Part shown: piece after piece, positions 60,458 through 64,000 of the stretch
Numbering within the stretch: position 1 is the stretch's first letter
Layout: each line of letters begins with the position of its first letter
Source: Octopus sinensis
Taxonomy: Eukaryota
Direction of reading: 5' to 3'
Assembly: GCF_006345805.1 (NCBI RefSeq)
Contig: NC_043010.1
Coordinates: 48,050,001 to 48,114,000 of the forward strand
DNA: 64,000 nt
Translations under genes and position numbers: made by a program
The notes under the pieces: model-generated
Database searches by the model: none
What the model saw: only the letters and a program-made list of their open reading frames with translations
Told to the model about the DNA's origin: nothing

Positions 60458-63400
60458 GCATTCTTTTCTGTTAGTAAATATGTTTTTATTTACACACACA
60501 CACACACGACCTCGCTTAGGTCGTGGGAGGGGGAGGTTAAAAAAAAATTTTGTAGTTGCTTATATCCCAGCAATGGACCACGCGTGTGTTACTTCAACAT
60601 CATCACTCCATTAAATGTGTTTATTGGGAGAAAAATATTCAAAAACATCAATAACATGTAAGAGTGACAAAGAAACAAAGAAGATGGTCGTAATATGTGC
60701 TAGAAACAATAGCCAAATCACGGACCCTTTCGTCTGAAAATATTTACAAAAACTTTAAAAAATTTTTACCGAAAAGGCTTCTCTCGTGGTTTTTAAGTGT
60801 ATAGTACCGAAATAAATGGGGTCAAAACCGGTTTGGAGAGGACAGTGGTGATGGTGGTGATGGGGCACATAAAAAAGTCATAAATTTACAAAAAGGTTTT
60901 GCATAGAAAGATGCCCACATCATTTCAAAGGCTGTGGTGAAAAAAGATTGAAAAAATCCCCGTCAAAACGGAGAAAATCGAACTTGTGTGGGCATCCTGA
61001 TCCGAAACTCTGCCCAATTCTCTACAAATACATTTCAGTTGGTGTACATTCTGATTATATCGAAATTTGTGAAAAGTTTTTCAGTGGGTGGGGAGCAGAG
61101 TTTTGGATGATTTACTTGAGCTGACTTTGTTACCTAATAACTTTCAGAAAAATGAGTATGTTTAAATGAATTTTCCTATAAATATTTTTTAAATATGGTG
61201 TAGATTATGATTATATCGGAATTTAATGTAAAAAAAAAAAAAAAGGAAGAAATTGGTGGGCATGCACATGTTCATATTGACACACATCACACACACACAC
61301 ACACACATATATATATAAATATATTTCTTTATTGCCCACAAGGGGCTAAACAAAGAGGAGACAAACGAGGACAGACAAAGGGATTAAGTCGATTACATCA
61401 ACCCCGGTGTGTAACTGGTACTTTATTTATCGACCCCGAAAGGATGAAAGGCAAAGTCGACCTCAGCAGAATTTGAACTCAGAACATAACAGCAGACGAA
61501 ATACCGCTAAGCGTTTTGCCTGGCGCGCTAACGTTTTTGCCAGTTTGCCGCCTTAACACACACACACACACACACACACAACACACACACACACACACAT
61601 ATATATATATTTATATCTACAAAATAGAACTTGAAATTTAGAAAACATTTATTTGTCAGTATGTATGTGTGCACATCTGCTCATGTACAGAATCTGAAAG
61701 ATATTTGTAGAAAATTTAATTTTAAAATACTCAATTTTCTGAAAGTTATGAGGAAACAAGGTAGACTTGTGTAAATTATCCAAAATTCCTCAAAAAAGAA
61801 AGAAGTTCCACAACAAATTATACCTGTAATCTACACTGTCTGAAATGTTTTGGTGAAAAATTTCATTAAAAAGTATCCATAGCAAAACTGGGAATTAAAC
61901 CTAACATATTTCAATTGCCACCTTGGGACACACATTGATCATGTTCTGGATGATGTGATGTGTCCTGACTGCTAACCAATGTTATTCATGTCTCTTGACT
62001 CTTTTCCTATCTTGTGTTTCAGATTGCAGGAACCTGATGTTTTGGTTTATGGTTCTCGTGGGGGCTAATAGTTTGGTAAGTAGAAAATAAGGCTTAATAA
62101 CTAAAATTTGACTCCAGAAAAGAAGCAAAAAGCCAAGAAAACTTCAAAGAACAACTGGTCTACTTGTTTTTTTGTTTTATTATTTTACTTGATATCTTAA
62201 AGAAAACATGATTTGGTAGATGGAAACTGAAAGAAGCCCGTCGTATATATATATGTGTGTGTGTGTGTGTATATGTTTGTGTGTCTGTGTTTGTTCCCCC
62301 CAACATCGCTTGACAACTGATGGTGGTGCGTTTATGTCCCCGTAACTTAACGGTTTTGGCCAAAGAGACCAATAGAATAGGTACTGGGCTTCCTGGGGTT
62401 GATTTACTTGACTAAAGGCGGTGTTCCAGCATGGCTACAGTCAAATGACTGAAACAAGTAAAAGAGTACATTGGTTATATTTCTACAATACACAAAATAT
62501 TTTAACAATTTTGTTTATACAATTCCTAATAATATTTAAAAATATAATAAGACTTTTTAAACAATATAATGGCAATATGGAGGAAGGGTCCACCAGAGTT
62601 AAATAGGAATGAACAGAGTCCAAAGGTAAAAAATGGTTGAGAAACACTGCAAATAAAGCACCATTCGTTATGCATTGTCACCTGAGTTTCTTCTTGGTAA
62701 ACATCCATTGCCCTTTGATAGTCTTTTATAGATGTTCTCATCATTGGATCAACAAAATTTTAAAAATTGGTTCATAGCTTCACAATTACAGAAGTGGCCT
62801 AAACTAATATGGGAAACTCACTGATTGGATATCAAACGTGTCCCTGTGGCTTCTCACAAGTGTTGCTGGGTATACTTACTTATGTTCCAGTGGTATGTCT
62901 CAGTTGTCGTTTCAGAAATTGTCATGCTATCACTAGAAGATATTATATAACTATTAAATGGGATTTTGCTGTCTTCACTTTCTTCGCAGTATATTCCACA
63001 TTTTTACGACATTAAACTGCATGTTCACCCTAGTATCATTATATAAAATATATAATATCCATTCTGTGAAATATGCTGTAATTCTTTACCAGTAATGTGT
63101 CATGAGTTATTAAATGTTTAATAACTTCTTGTATGTTCATATATTTAATAGCTTTTCATATTATTTATTATATTTAAATAAAATGTGGCACTTTGATCTT
63201 ATTATTATATTTCCATTCACTTGAAAATTAGCTGTTTGTTTCTAATTGAGATAATTTTATTATTAATAGCAATTCCACTTTTAAATGATAATTACTAAGC
63301 AAAAATAGCTTCGTTGTGTTTCATCCTTGTTTCCAGTACCAGATATAGCATCTCTTTACATATAAAATAAATCCATACATTAATATCTTGCAATTCGAAT

Positions 63401-64000
63401 AATGGAAATCTCTAAATGTCTAGAACTCAAAAATATCTATTCGATATAATCTTCCATTTAAATTGTCTATAACTCTAAAATGTTTATCTGATATAGCCTT
63501 CTATTAAAAAAAAAATAATAGTTTCTATGTTAAACTGATTTCTGTGAAAGTGATGTTTATATGTAAAATATTTCATCTGATTCTCTTTAATGCAAGAAAT
63601 GGTTAACATGCAGTTTACTGTCTTAAAAAGTGAAAGTAAACTGTAAGAGAAAGCTGATGTGATGCCAGTGAAATCCCCTAATTTCATTATATTCATGTAA
63701 TAGGTGCAGTAGTGGCTGTGTGGTATGTAGCTTGCTAATCAACCACTTGGTTCCGGGTTCAGTCCCACTGCGTGGCATCTTGGGTAAGTGTCTTCTACTA
63801 TAGCCTCGGGCCGACCAAAGCCTTGTGAGTGGATTTGGTAGACGGAAACTGAAAGAAGCCTGTCGTATATATGTATATGTATATATATGTATGTGTATGT
63901 GTTTGTGTGTCTGTGTTTGTCTCCCTAGCATTGCTTGACAACCGATGCTGGTGTGTTTACGTCCCCGTCACTTAGCGGTTCGGCAAAAGGGACCCGATAG

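Noticed and set aside
62682-62798. Phase 1-1 pseudo-exon with an in-frame TGA (possible selenocysteine)
   Set aside because: Weak donor (gtgaca), no partner exons, no SECIS seen and no recognisable homology; most likely chance.

Overview
AT-rich, microsatellite- and transposon-dense eukaryotic DNA, very likely from an octopus (inferred from recognising the SINE families and a cephalopod-like 5S copy; no search was run). One protein-coding gene can be assembled by hand on the minus strand from seven GT-AG exons with compatible phases: 33632-33512, 28190-27993, 14051-13839, 12899-12750, 9779-9394, 8473-8380 and 5729-5650 (1242 nt, 414 codons, no stop). It encodes a signal peptide, three Cys-rich chitin-binding-type modules and a laminin-G/ConA-like domain, i.e. 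a Pif/BMSP/LamG3-family secreted matrix protein without a VWA domain. The terminal exon is unresolved. Two of the exons are not translated in the supplied ORF track in their true frame. The rest of the window holds tRNA-SINEs of several families, non-autonomous Helitrons (including a head-to-tail trimer), mariner, Tc1, Tigger, hAT, CR1 and RTE relics, MITEs with 8-bp TSDs, Penelope-like fold-backs and a 5S rRNA pseudogene fused to a SINE. The most unusual signal is a set of hammerhead-ribozyme motifs. The best is a ~290-bp palindrome (52210-52501) carrying one apparently intact type-I hammerhead on the + strand and a G5A-mutant mirror copy on the - strand. Almost all other ORFs in the track are microsatellite or SINE artefacts. 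No CRISPR or prokaryotic features were seen. TE boundaries given as approximate were read by eye.
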